Source of the DNA: Malacoraja senta
Lineage: Eukaryota
NCBI GenBank assembly: GCA_038087875.1
Contig: CM075982.1
Span: forward strand, 23,312,001 to 23,376,000
Length of the DNA stretch: 64,000 bases
Direction of reading: 5' to 3'
The translations under genes and the position numbers were made by a program. Shown here in pieces: positions 51,006 through 64,000 of the stretch; the stretch's first letter is position 1; each line of letters opens with the position of its first letter. Below the pieces are notes generated by a model that was not told the origin of the DNA, did no database searches, and worked only from the letters and a program-made list of their open reading frames with translations.

Positions 51006-54000
51006 CTAGACTATTTCATAATAACTTTTTGAATAGGATACTCTACCCCATAGCACTGAAGACAAATGTCATTGCATATCATTCAGTAGACAAATATGGC
51101 ATTTCTTCATATGAAGCTGAGTAAAATATGGTTAAAGGTTATATTCACGTTACCATCTATTAGGTTGGAAACTAGCACTAGCACCATGGATTTGCCTTGT
51201 AATTGTGTCTTGCACAATGTTTTTCCTTTTCAATGTTTTGTCTAATATTAATAATTTATGTTGTTAGAGTCCATGCATCTTTAGTGCTGCTGCAAGCAAG
51301 ATTATCGGTGTGTACATCACCATACTTGTGCATATAACAATAAACTTGATTTGACTTTTAACACCCACCATGATGGCAGCAAACCTTCTCTAGATAGCGG
51401 ACTGGATCTACTCATATTTATTGGCATCTGGAGTCAATCTACTGGTAATAATCCAAGTACAAATCCAAAGCCTTCAATACTTGCACTGGCTAAGTTCAAC
51501 ATTCAATAAGGTTGACATGTAATTATCCAGAGTCATGTTTGCATGTATCCTCCAAAGACACACGCTTTTAGCAGGAGGCATCATCAACAATAATCTTCTG
51601 ACTTTGCATTACACATCAAATATTTTCAGCATAGTTGTAATAAATCATATTACATAAGGACATAAAAAGATTCACATCATAAATGGACATGTTAAACATT
51701 TTTGGTACATATTAGTTAAATGTTCACAAGCAAAGGCCATGTAATCTTTGTGACCTTTTCCCTTTCCTTTTTCTTTAAATTTTTCTTGGGATGTGGTATA
51801 ATCAGCAACGCCAGCATTTATCACCAGTTGTCAGCAGCACTTGAGAAAGTGATGCTGAACCAGTGCAGTCCAAGTAGTGAAGCTGTAAGATTGGGAGCCC
51901 CAGGACTTTAACACAGGAATGATCAATAAACAGAAAATTGAGATGGTGTATAACTTGAGGTGGTACCCGCTGATGGTGTTTCTATGTCTGCTGACATTGG
52001 CTTTCTTGATAGTGAAAGTTACAGATTCAAGTGGTGATGAACTCTTGGTGGGTTTTAGAAATGCATCCTTTATCTGATACCCATTGCATTCAAGGTGCAA
52101 GGAGTGGACATTTAGTTTTTTTCTTTTGATGACACAAACAATTGAATGTGTTTCAGGACCAAAAGAAAGGTTTTCACACCACCTCTTCTTAGGATCAACA
52201 ATGTCAGATCCCGGATGGCAGTGGAAGACCTGTGTTCATCCCCTTTGCACTGATACTAGTAATGCACAATGTGATTCAGAGCGAGAAGGGTTTCATACCT
52301 AGACTCAAAAGAACATTTTTAAAGTAAACCAGCTGGATCCACAAGGGTTAATTTCATTCTGAGATTTTTCCTCTTAGTTTCAATGCTTTGGTTGTGAAGG
52401 TAACTAATAGAAAGTATAGCACATATGTTTATTATCCCATCAACCCGCCAAGAGTTATCTTTAGCTACTTAAGAGACTGTAAGGAGCATACAATGCAAAC
52501 CACAGTAACATAATATCTATTGTATTTTGACAAAAATCCATGGGTCTTCAAAGACAAAAAGCGGCAGATAAATCTACAGTCAACGTTTCATGGAGTTCTA
52601 CTAAAGGGAAACAATTTTCTACTGTTACAAGTAACATGGTCAGAATAAATATAAAAAGCTCCAAAGAAAGATAATGGCTGTAGTTCTCAGTACACTACAG
52701 AAACAATTTGGAATTTAACAAAAGCAGTATGAGAAGGGGCAGGAAACTTAACATGTCTGAATGTTAAGTGTAGTGCTTACAAGCCAAAACGTCTTTACTC
52801 CCAGCTGACACTGCACATAATAACCACAATGCAGAATTTGTATTTCGACTCATTTAAATATTTACACAATGTAGATTTATAAATCACCCCTCGTATGGGA
52901 GGATTAGCCAGTTCTTGGGTACATAAAAGAGAACAGGTTACAGGGAAATATGTGAGTGAATGGCATCAATGGGAATGCAGTGGGAACTGGCACAGACATA
53001 ATGGGCAGAATCGTCTCCTTCTACATCATGAGGGATATGAACAAAATATTAAAATTGATAAAAAAATATATATTTCATTGGAATGTGTTAAAAACAGCAG
53101 CTTGCAAACAAATCAAGTCTATTTAAATAATAGTCTGACTTTACTAGTAATAGAACTAATTGGGGCAATTAAATTTCAAAGTAAACTAAGGTTTGAATTA
53201 ATTATTGCTTGACCATAAATTCTAGACAATGATGTGGGTTTGGACCTCTTTGACTTCCACATGAAGAGAAAAAAAATGAAGAAAAATTCCCAACCTACTG
53301 GAATTCGGAACTAATTAATGAACTAGATATTGATTAATTAAGTAGATTCTCTCCAGATCAAACTAGATTATCAGTATATTGTATAGCTATGAAGTTTCAT
53401 ACAGTTAATATTCTCCCAAAAAGAACACACAAACCTCTCTACTTTTGTTGGGGTGCTTGAATCGATGTACTTATTTCATGATAAAAAATATAACTGTCAT
53501 TTGAAAGATCAAATGTGTCTGTCCTAAAATAGCTTACACAAGTTTTAAGCTCGACGTGTACACAGAGTGAGCTGAATTCTATTATTTCATCAAAGGTATC
53601 CATTTTTCATTGAATCTCTGAATGCTGGATATTACTACTACCATAGAGGTGTGTCCCTTGTATATCTGCCACATTACCACCCTTCTCCCAGCATGACTTC
53701 ACGTGGTAGCTTAATCTTGTCATCATCATACCTGCTGGAATTGCTCTCACCCTGACCTCGACTTACTGCAATGTCAAATGATTCAAGAGAAACTTATGAA
53801 CATGAAACATTCATCCAATGTGTTTGAACTTACCACACAGGGAGCATGATTTTCAACTATGGTGATATAGTCATGAAAACTGCCTCTCTTTGCATGGATA
53901 CAAAAGTGAATTTTCAATAAACATAGGATGAAAATTCAAACCTCACAAGGGTGCATGAAATTAAATAAATCTGTTACTTTATGGGGAATAAACAGACCAA

Positions 54001-55959
54001 CTGGTTCATTGATAATCTTCAGGAAAAGGAAGCCATTAACTCTCAAGATGGGTTACATCTCCACATTCGCTGTAGAAGAGCAATTAGGATCAAGCAAAAT
54101 AAACACCTCTCTTCCAGGATGTGTTGGTGAAGGTGTCAATTGTCAGCACCACCTACACATCCAGCAAGAGAGGCCTACATATGTACACATTAATTTATGT
54201 AACTAATTAAATGAACATAGTAAAATGCAAGAAATAAGCAACAAAAATAGAAAGTGCTGGAAATATAGGAGGGTCTTTAAAGCTTTTGAATGCTCACATC
54301 CAAATGCATTACAAAAAATAGTTTAGAAAGTGCCGAGGGCATCCCAAAGTTGTCTGAACATTTTTTTGAAGTTTGGTTTGACACTTCTCCAGAATTATAT
54401 TCAGGGCGGTGCCAAACCAAACTGAGAGGCAGCCTTCCAGTAAACCCAACACACATTCACTGCATTCTTAATCTTCAGACTATGGGGATGTTCATTCTAT
54501 GAATCAAAACACCCCCCTCCATCCCGCCCAACACCCTCAGGTAATACTGGAACCCTGAAGATTGCTTTTTGAATCCCAAGTTTAATTCCATTTATCCTGT
54601 TAACAAACACAATTGCACCAGCAGGAACATTTAATTTAAATGAAATATGAAGATCGTTTTTTTTTATAGAAGGGAGTTATTCAGAAGAAAAAGTCAAAAA
54701 GTAGTCATGAACTGAAAGTAGGAAACTGGAGGTGGTTTTTGTAACAACCGGACAGAGTAGACTGACCTGGTCTCCTGGCTACTCAGGATTCAGTCCAGGA
54801 ATGCTCATTTGTAAATCCTACCCCAGAATACACATTCTTACTTTTTTAAGTGCATACAAAGTCACTTGCAGTTGCCTGTTAATTTTGAGATAGGTTAACT
54901 AATTATTTTAAACAGTAAACAGAAATATAATGTTTTAAATAAACCAAACAAGGAGCAAATGTCAATGAAAAGGGAAAAAAAAGGGAATGAAAATAAATGA
55001 AGAGAATTAATCTGGTGAAATTGGAATCAAAGTGTTCAAAATCGACAGGCACAGTGAATTAAATGGTTTAGAAATTTGTTTTTCTTTGTTTTGACAATAC
55101 CCTGAAATGCTGTCTTTGTTCTTTACAAAGGGGATGGTATATTAAGGATTAGTCTCCTAAATAACGAAAGCCTTCTGTGTAGACACTACACAAATCCCTG
55201 ATCAAATCCGCCCAATTCTGGGTTGAAGAGGGTTCTTAAAATTTCAAAACAGCTATACCACCAATCGCCAATAACCTCACCCCCACCCCCACTCCAAGGC
55301 AGCCAGCCCTTTTGTAAGGAAGAAATAACAACAAGAAAAGGTTCTCAAAAGAAACAGGAGATACTGCAGACTGCAAAGAGATAATGATGCTTCAAATAGA
55401 GTAAAGGTAGGAAGGAGGAAGGAAAAAGCTCTTAATGAATTAGTCTGTCTCTAAAAAGCAACTTCAGCTTTTGCCACCACCTCTCATCTGTGCTTAGAGA
55501 AATGCAATTCCATTCAGTTGAAGGCAAGGTAACATTTAACAAATAGTCCTTTATCAGAATTTCTTTACAGATGTAGCTGGTTGCTTTCTGTGAACAAGCC
55601 ACTTATTTTGTCACTTGTGTCAGTGTCAGAACAGGAAACAACTCACATGTGCAGAATTGCTTAATATGAATCCAATCATTGTATATTATTTAAGTTACAT
55701 GAATTAAGTGGCAAGCAAGAAACTCTCTGTGCCATTGTTGGAGCCTGCAAAATGAGCTACATGAACATAGTGGAACAAAACATGAACACAATGTATTTAT
55801 TGATTGATGTAATTTGAGATTTTCAATATTAAACACTAAATAAGAGTGTTATTGTACCAAATCCACGTTAATTACAAAGTGCTAAAACCCATCTACAGTG
55901 ATATTAAGGTTGTTTTTTAATCTACTCGTATAAAGGACGTTGACTTCTTCTGAAGCATG

Positions 55960-56420
55960 CCCTCTGATGCCTTACTTCTGCTCGGGTTTTGATGTCTCTG
56001 AGCTGGCCAATCAAGCAATGAGGGAACAGCAGGGATCTCCACAAATAGGAGAGATTTGGTCAATGGAGCGGGTAGTTTGTGAGGTGGCCTCCTCTTACCA
56101 TTTATACAGAGCTTCTATGTTTCCAATGCGCGGTCTTAAGGTTCCCGATATCACTCCTCCTTTTGAGCAACCATGTGCCAAAAGTTCCCAAGTTTCAGTG
56201 GCGATGTTCTATTTCTTCAAAGAGGATTCAAACACACCCTTGAATCTTTTCTCCTGCCTGCCTGATGATCTCTTCCCGTGACAGAGGAAAAGATTGGGAA
56301 AGAGTGTTTTGGGAGTCTGATGTCAGCCACGTAAATAATGTGATCAGTCCAATATTGCTCAGAATATTGCCAAAAATTCTAAGATTTATTACTTATTTCT
56401 AGTTGCCGTTGAACTGTGGA
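55960..56420 (-). mobile_element. Decayed RTE LINE 3' fragment (another at about 60740-61900)
   Basis: The minus strand gives HGKRSSGRQEKRFKGVFESSLKK...WELLAHG, an RTE C-terminal GRPxKRxxD-like motif. Confidence 0.6.
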
Positions 56421-59159
56421 GTTCATTTACAGTCTATTATATTGATGTTTTTTTTTTAAACTGCAGGAGGGACCCAGTGGGTCAGGCAGCATCTGTGGAG
56501 AGAAGGGGACAGATAATGTTTCAGGGCGGGATCATTCTCACAGTTAGCTTTTTATTAAAGATTCCAGCATCTGCAGTCTCTTGTGTCTCAACTATATTGA
56601 TGTGTTTGCAGTCACATATAGACCAGATCTAGCAAGGTCAGTAGATTCCTTTCCCTGAAGAATATTAATAAACCACAAGTTTTACGACAATCCAATAGTT
56701 TAATTATTGCCATTTCTGATGCAAGTTTTTTAAAACATTTAATTTGATTTTAATTCCTGAACCACCCTGGAAGGATTCGAGTCCCGACACAGGATCTCAA
56801 CTCGAAACATCAACCATTCCTTTCCGTCCACAGGTGCTGCCTGACCCACTGAGTTTCTCCAGCAATTTGTATTTAGCTTCAAACATGTGTCCTTCCCTTA
56901 AAAGTCAAAACTTCTGGTCCATTAACTTTAACCAATGTTTTACCATAAATAGGTGCCAACAATTATTAAAATGTTGCAGTGTTGTCAGCAGTTCTTATTT
57001 AAAAAAATCGTTACGTGTGTTAAATGAACTTCACAGTTGATTAAAAAAAAAATTTTAAACTAACGTTTAGTTGTTTTCCCAAACATAGTCTCATTTTGAA
57101 TCCTTTTATTTCATTTTGTTTTTTAATTTAAACTCCTTAGCCTGGTATCAAGAATGAATCCTGGTTTCAAATTTAACAACATAATGCACAGAACAAACTC
57201 AAAGACTTTGCCCTGGAGTTACAATTGAAATAAAATAAAGTCAGAAAGACTGTCAGAGTTTATAGAACAAGCACAGGAATGGATCATACCCTGACCAAGC
57301 CCAAATCCCAAGCAACATTATTGAATATTGTGAGCAGCAGTTTGTTTGGAATTAGCTTAAAGTTGACCTATGTTTTTTTCTCTCTGACCACAGAAAGACT
57401 GAATCTACATGATTTAAATATTCCTTGAATGACAGCCAAGGGGCATTCCAGACTAGTCTGGGTTGAGAGATCCACCAATTTTACATCCCTCTGAAGAAAT
57501 GCCCCCCAAGCTCGCTAGCTGGGAACACAGTTAATTTAAAATCACTCATGACTCCCGGGTGCATTGCATAACCAATACTCTCACTGATACTAGAATGCTA
57601 ATATACACGTCAATGGAGCAGAATCCACTAAGTTGGTGGCAATACATCTAAATATTGACACTCTGGCAAGAATATTCTGCACCCATGGAATATCCAATAT
57701 TGGGAGTGCAGGTAAATGAATTAAGGCTGAAGGGCATTCATATAAAGTGCTAGAAGTGTGGTGTGTTGGTAGTGCAGTGATAAAATTACTAGAACAGTAA
57801 TCAAGAGACCTGTATTAAAGAGTGTTCAAATCTTGCAATGGTCGCTGTGAAATTTAGATTCAGCAAATTACAAAAGGTGGAATTTAAAAAAAAAGGCTCA
57901 ATAATGCTGACCACAAAACTACTGATTGTTGTAAAATCAAATTTTTCCCCAGGGTGGAAATGTCATAGAGGGCATAGCGTTAAGGTGAGAGAGACAAAGT
58001 TTAAAGGAGATGTGCAGGACAAGTTTTTAAAACAGCGAGTGGTGCATGCCTGGAATGCACTGCCGGGGTGGAGGTGGAGGCAGACATGATTGTGGTGCTT
58101 CAGATGCTTTTTGATAGTTACATGGATAAGCAGGAAATGGAGGGTTATGGATCATGTGAGATTCATTTATCTTGACATGTTCAGCACAGTAATTGTGAGC
58201 CGAAGGGCCTGTTCCTGTGCTGTAATGTTCTATGCACGTTCCTTTTGTACCCTGTAATGCTTTCCTCTTCATTTTGTCTTTTAAAATGTACTTAGTGCAC
58301 TTAGATTTTACAGATTCAACTCAAGACCTAACGACATCAGACAAACATTCTATTCAAAAAAAGTTATTTCAATGATTTTTGAGGCATCAAGCCTACTTAA
58401 ATATCCAGGGCAAAATCTGAAAAGTAACCCAAGCCCATGGAACAGCAAATGATTTAACAGACCCAGAACCGACCTTGGACTCCTCATTAACAACGTTTTG
58501 AATGTTTTGGTTTTATTTGTTGAAATATAAAAAGGAAAAGAGGGAAAAGAAAAGCCAGCTCCTTTCCCACACTGTTTCTGAGATTCATTCAGGCCTGTGA
58601 TAACAATTAGGCCCAGGACAAAGACAACCGAGGCTCTTTAGTGTTCTGTTTGACAACATTCACTTCAAAGGTAATTTGTAATGTTTGGGGATTAATGGTT
58701 AGGCACATGGAAACCTGCAACTACATTCCAATTTGAAGCAACAAAGTTAAATAAGAGGTGATGCTCCTTCAGTAAAAGTTTCCATTCAAAATGTTCTGTG
58801 CAGACCAACTCAAAATCAACACCCCAAAATGAACTAAGATTTTGTGAACAATGGTGCTGAGTCCAGCTGGCTTGGAGTATCAGACCATTTTATTCAGGGT
58901 TGCTTTTCTACTTTGTTATCTATCTTTCTAAAATATACTAGTTGTCAGGCCTTTTGCGATCAACCGTCATGCATAAATAGTCTAATACTGTGCTACAGAA
59001 TGAATGCTCTTCCATATACCATCTCAGCAGTAAGATGGAGACACAAGAAACCGCAGTTGTTGGAATCTTGAATAAAACACAGTGTTGGAGGAATTGACAG
59101 GTCACTTTTTCATCAGTCTGAAGAAGGATCCCGACACAAAATGTCCATTCCCTCCACAG

Positions 59160-60375
59160 ATAGAAACATAGAAAAATAGGTGCAGGAGTAGGCCATTTGG
59201 CCCTTCGAGCCAGCCATTCAATATAATCATGGCTGATCATCTAAAATCAGTACCCCATTCCTGCTTTTCCCCCATATCCCTTGATTCCTTTAGCCCTAAG
59301 AGCTACATCTAACTCTCTTTTGAAAACATCCAGTGAATTGGCCTCCACTGCCTTCTGTGGCAGAGAATTCCACAGAATCACAACTCTCTGGGTGAAGAAG
59401 TTTATCCTCATCTCAGTCCTAAATGGCCTATCCCTTATTCTTAAACTGTGACCCCTGGTTCTGGATTTCCTAACATTGGGAACATTTTTCCTGCATCTAG
59501 CCTGTCCAATCCTTTAAGAATTGTATATGTTTCTATAAGATTCCCTCTCATCCTTCTAAATGCCAGTGAGTACAAGCCCAGTTAACCCATTCTTTCATCA
59601 TATGTCAGTCCCGCCATCCCGGGAATTAACCTGGTGAACCTATGCTGCACTCCTTCAATAGCAATAATGTCCTTCCTCAAATTAGGAGACCAGAATTGCA
59701 CATAATACTCCAAGTGCAGTCTCACCAGGGCCCTATACAACTGCAGTAGGACCTCCTTGCTCCTAAACTCAAATCCTCTCGCAATGAAGGCCAACATGCC
59801 ATTAGCTTTCTTCACTGCCTGCTGTACCTGCATGCTTACTTTCAGTGACTGATGTACAAGCACACCTAGGTCTCATGCACCTCCCCCTTTCCTAATCTGA
59901 CACCATTCAGATAATAATCTGCCTTCCTGTTCTTGCCACCAAAGTGGATGACCTCACATTCATCCACATATACTGCATCTGCCATGCATCTGCCCACTCA
60001 CCCAACCTATCCAAGTAACCCTGCAGCTTCATAGCATCCTCATCGCAGCTCACTATCCAGCTTTGTGTCATCTGCAAACTTGGAGATGTCACGTTTAATT
60101 CTCTCGTCTAAATCGTTAATATATAGTAAATAACTGGGGTCCCAGCACCGAGCCTTGCGGCACCCCACTAGTCACTGCCTGCCATTCTGAAAAGGACCCG
60201 TTAATTCCTACTCTCTGCTTCCTGTCTGCCAACCAGTTCTCTATCCATGTCAATACCCTACCCCCAATATCATGTGCTCTAATTTTGCACACTAATCTCT
60301 TGTGTGGGACCTTGTCAAATGCTTTTTGAAAGTCCAGATACACCACATCCACTGGCTCTCCTTAATCCATTCTAC
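59160..60375 (-). mobile_element. Young 5'-truncated CR1 LINE inserted into a Penelope terminal repeat
   Basis: ORF 60116..60352 has DVVYLDFQKAFDKVPHKRL...SGVPQGSVLGPQLFTIY; ORF 59582..59863 continues the element. Tail tagaaacatagaaa. The host repeat resumes at about 60385 (gatgctgcctgacc). Confidence 0.95.
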
Positions 60376-60594
60376 CTGACTGCTGGATGCTGCCTGACCT
60401 GCTGAATTCCTCCAGTACTTTGTTTAGTTCCAGATTCCAAGTGGTCTGCTTATGACAACAGATGACAACTGACAACAGACAACAGAAATTATCATGCATA
60501 CTTAGCATTTTAGCTCAGGCTACTTTCAAACTGTCATGCTTCCGAACACACAGTTATGAGCTTCTGTTCTAAGTTAAAAGCCTGAATTTGACTG

Positions 60595-60690
60595 AGTCTG
60601 AAGAAAGGTTCCAACCCGAAACGTCATCTGTTCATTTCCTCCACAGATGTTACCTGACCGGCTGAGTTCCTACAGTACTTTGTGTTTATA
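60595..60690 (+). mobile_element. Penelope terminal repeat with hammerhead core (further arms at about 5210-5330, 8455-8590, 13858-14005, 21650-21810, 26150-26305, 27385-27477, 28048-28180, 29325-29575, 44940-45100, 50550-50680, 56455-56590, 56770-56880 and 59035-59160)
   Basis: CTGAAGA 60598-60604, GAAA 60618-60621 and GTC 60623-60625, followed by the shared cagatg.t.cctgacc.gctgagtt.ct.cag.actttgtg arm. Confidence 0.75.
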
Positions 60691-62069
60691 TCTCAGAGTT
60701 TTAGGTGGTCTCCTGACCAAAGCAATGTATAAGGGTTGGTGCATCTTCTTCTTCTGCAGTTCCTGAGCATTGAGGATGACTTGCTTCCACTCCAGTCCTG
60801 CAGATTCTGAGGTGGTTGATGAGCCTACAATGGGTGAGGCTGAAAACACTTGAGGGCGAAAGGTACATTTTTGCTGGACTTTCACATGCTGCTGACGGAG
60901 AAATACAAGGTGCTCGCTCACAGGTCTGGGATTCTCATGATCAATGAGCATGTCACATATGTTTAAGAAATCTTTAAAGTATTTCCTCTGTCCTCCCAAC
61001 AATCTCCAGCTGAATACTTACTTTGAAAGTCTGATGTTGGACGTGCAAACCATATGGACCACCATGGGAGCTGGACAAGTCAAATTAAAGCCTTGGTGCT
61101 GGGGATGTTAAAGAACAGTCAGGTTGATTCACTAGTAAATTTGGAATAATTTGTGAAGACACTGATGATGGCATCTCTCCAGTGCTGTGGGTTGGGCTGC
61201 AGGTTGTGTCACTGAAGAATCCATGAGAGCAGTTATCACTGCTGCCCAGCAGAGCATAATATTTGTGCTCAGTTTGGGGTCTTAATCTTTAAATATTCTT
61301 TTCCTAAGGCAGCTGAAGGATGTGCTGGAGGCCATGATGAATTTCATCATCAGTGTTGCTTGTGGGGAGGAATGGCTCCCAGGGTAAAGAAAGTGCACAC
61401 GTTTTCCAGTATTACATCTTAGACCTTTACTGTTAGTGTGGGTGGTGGAGGAAAGGATTTGTGTAATTGCAACAGGTTGCACAAAGGCTCCTGCTTTACA
61501 ACTGTTAACTGTAAGTTCTGTTATTTTGTACGCCTCAGTGAATGATTCAATGATGACTTGGAACTTGGACTCCGAATGTGTGCATGTACAAACATTTGCG
61601 TATTGCAGCTTGATGACTGATGTTAAGAGTGACCTTGGTTTTGAAGCAGAAGTGACAGAGGTTGAACCACCTCCTATTCATCATGTAGACAAGCTCCACT
61701 CAAGCAGGAAGTTTCTTGGCGACAAAGTCCAATATTGTGAAGAGAAAGATTAAGAAAAGGTTGCAGCAATTACATGGCCTTGGTACGCCCCAGTCTGCAC
61801 TGAGATTCTATCTATGGTGGAATTTCTGGTCAGAATGCAAAAGCCCACATAAAGAGGTTGGTGTTGCTCCCGGTCATTTCTTCGAGTTACTGCACGGTGA
61901 ACATAGAACAGCACAGGAATAAGCCGTTTAGCCCACAATGTCTGTGCCAAGCATGATGCCAAATTAAACTATTCCCTTTTGCCTGCACATGTTTCATATC
62001 CCTATTTCCATTCTTAAAAAAAGGAACAACATTAGTAATCTCCAGTCCTCCTGGACCTCGCCTGTGGCG

Positions 62070-62835
62070 AAAGAGGATAAAGACTTACACCGAAAATTGA
62101 GTATGACTGTCACAGAGCCAGCAGGGATGACAAGAGACAATTCCAGACCAAACTAGTTCCAGAGTAACCACACATTATAACGGGCCACAAAGGGAAGTCA
62201 GGCAGAATTGCTCTCAGCAACGTATCTCTCCCCAATGAGCACAATGCATTCTATGATGTCACCCGCTCCAACAGCCTCGAGTGTACCTGAAGCCAAGGTC
62301 GCCAATGCAGAAGTCACATCGGCTTCAGAGAGTGAACCAGCGGAAAGCGACTAATCCTTATGGAGTCTCCGGCCATGTCCTCAGAACCTCCATGGACCAC
62401 TGGTAGGAGTATTTGCAAACATCTTTAACCTCACCCTATTCCAATCATAGGTTTCCACCCACTTTTACAAGCCCACCATCAACCAAGTGCCAAAGAATAG
62501 CAAGGTAGCATGCCTTACTGTCTACCGTGCAGGGGCTTCATGAAGTACCATCATGAAGTGCTTCGAGAGGCTGCACATGGCTCACATTAACTCCAGCCTC
62601 CCAGAGAGCCATGATCCACTGCAATTTGCGCACTACCACAACGATCGCACAGCAGACAGCCCTACACTCATCCCTGGAACACCTGGATAACAAAGACACC
62701 AACGTCAGACTCGTATTTATTGACTATAGCTCTGCCTTCAACACTATAATTCAAACTGAACTCCTCTCCAAACCCATGGACCTATGACCCAGTACTCTCC
62801 TCTGCAACTAGATCCTTGACCTCTTGACACACAAC
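62070..62835 (+). mobile_element. Rex1/Babar LINE RT fragment
   Basis: Translates (with frameshifts) GVFANIFNLTLFQS...VPKNSKVACL...[27 protein letters not shown]...[24 protein letters not shown]. Confidence 0.88.
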
Positions 62836-64000
62836 ATCTTGTGTGCAATATTAGCCTTTGGACTTGCGCCTAGGTTCCTCCCTGCCAATTTTTTAAAACT
62901 TCAGCAGGGATACTGTTTGCTCCAAAAGCCTGTGGCCTTTCAGCAGACATATGGCCTTTTCAACCTCTAGTCGATCTAAGGTGGCAGGAAAATAGTCTGT
63001 TGTGGAATGGGTCAAGGACACATAAAAAGGACAGGGCCTTACGGTGCTCCTTCCAACTTGTATTGACTGCTTCTATTTCTTTGCTATGCTCCTTTCCATT
63101 CTCAGCTGGCAGCGTGTGGCTCCTTAGATGTTTGGTATGTCAATGGTCTCAACAGGAGTAAAGGATCTACAAACGTCACAATTACCAGAATACCGGACCG
63201 CTTTCCACCTATTATTTATTCTTTGGAATATTTTTGTTGGAACTCAACTTTCAGATACACTATATTATTCCCTTGAATGTGGTAGAGTCTTCAATCCAAG
63301 GGTGCCATGTACTTTTGAATCATAACCTCCTGGATCTCCTGATTTTTTTCATCAAACCAGTTCTGAAGCCTCAGATTGTTCACAGTGCTTCACAGTGTCA
63401 GGAAGTCCACCATTATTAGCACCGGTTTAAAAAACACCGGGACAGGTGCAACTTCTTAAATTATATGATATATAATTTAACCCATTGCTTTTGTAGGTTT
63501 TAAGCAATGAACAACCTTGAGCAACATGCTCAACTTTGTGATTTTGTCTCCAACATTATACAATATCTACTACCATGTTGTAATTCACAATGAGTGGAAT
63601 TCCTTTCTGCCTCGGTGAGTTTTGATTGGAATTACTGCTTTCTCGTTGGTTAATGATAAGATGTTAATTAAAGAAACAAGTTCTGAAAATTGAAGGGGGA
63701 GGATTTAAATATTTAATCTGAGATCTCGAAAGTTAAGATAGTTCTTTGTATAACCTCAAAATCTTATATTCTAGGCAGATGTCTCAAGAAGAAACAAAAT
63801 GCCAAAAGTTCTGAAAATCTGAAATGAAAATAGAAGAACAACATATTTAATGCTTTCATCTCCCGTCTCTTTCTAGTTCCTGGAATGTCAACCGGAAAAA
63901 AAAGTTACCAAAAAGGAGGCACATTTTGCCTGATTAATCCCTTCGATTTGGGCTGGAATATTCCCTGTGAGGAGGCAGCAAATGGGAGCCATTATGAATT

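Overview
Vertebrate intronic DNA. The repeat content (V-SINE/HE1-type SINEs, young CR1 LINEs, Penelope terminal repeats) points to a cartilaginous fish, most likely a skate or ray (inference). The only host coding sequence I can support is five internal exons of BCAS3 on the minus strand: 50803-50953, a 45-nt cassette at 35861-35905, 15988-16118, 13192-13357 and 1848-1948. All have GT-AG boundaries and matching phases, and they splice into one open frame; the gene extends beyond both window ends. The introns hold CR1, RTE, Rex1/Babar, L1 and Penelope-like fragments, tRNA-derived SINEs, Harbinger-like MITEs and several repeat-free blocks that look like enhancers. Most interesting: (1) two members of a GC-rich non-autonomous retroposon family lacking a tRNA head, one VNTR-bearing, with a conserved RNA hairpin and GNRA-capped 3' stem-loops; (2) short palindromic Penelope-derived inserts with 11-15 bp target-site duplications and minimal hammerhead ribozyme cores; (3) a deeply conserved 45-nt BCAS3 cassette exon with RBFOX motifs; (4) nested insertions reconstructable to the base, one splitting a candidate enhancer; (5) an L1 inserted exactly at a SINE B box. 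Family names and human comparisons come from recall, not from database searches. Boundaries of old repeats are approximate.
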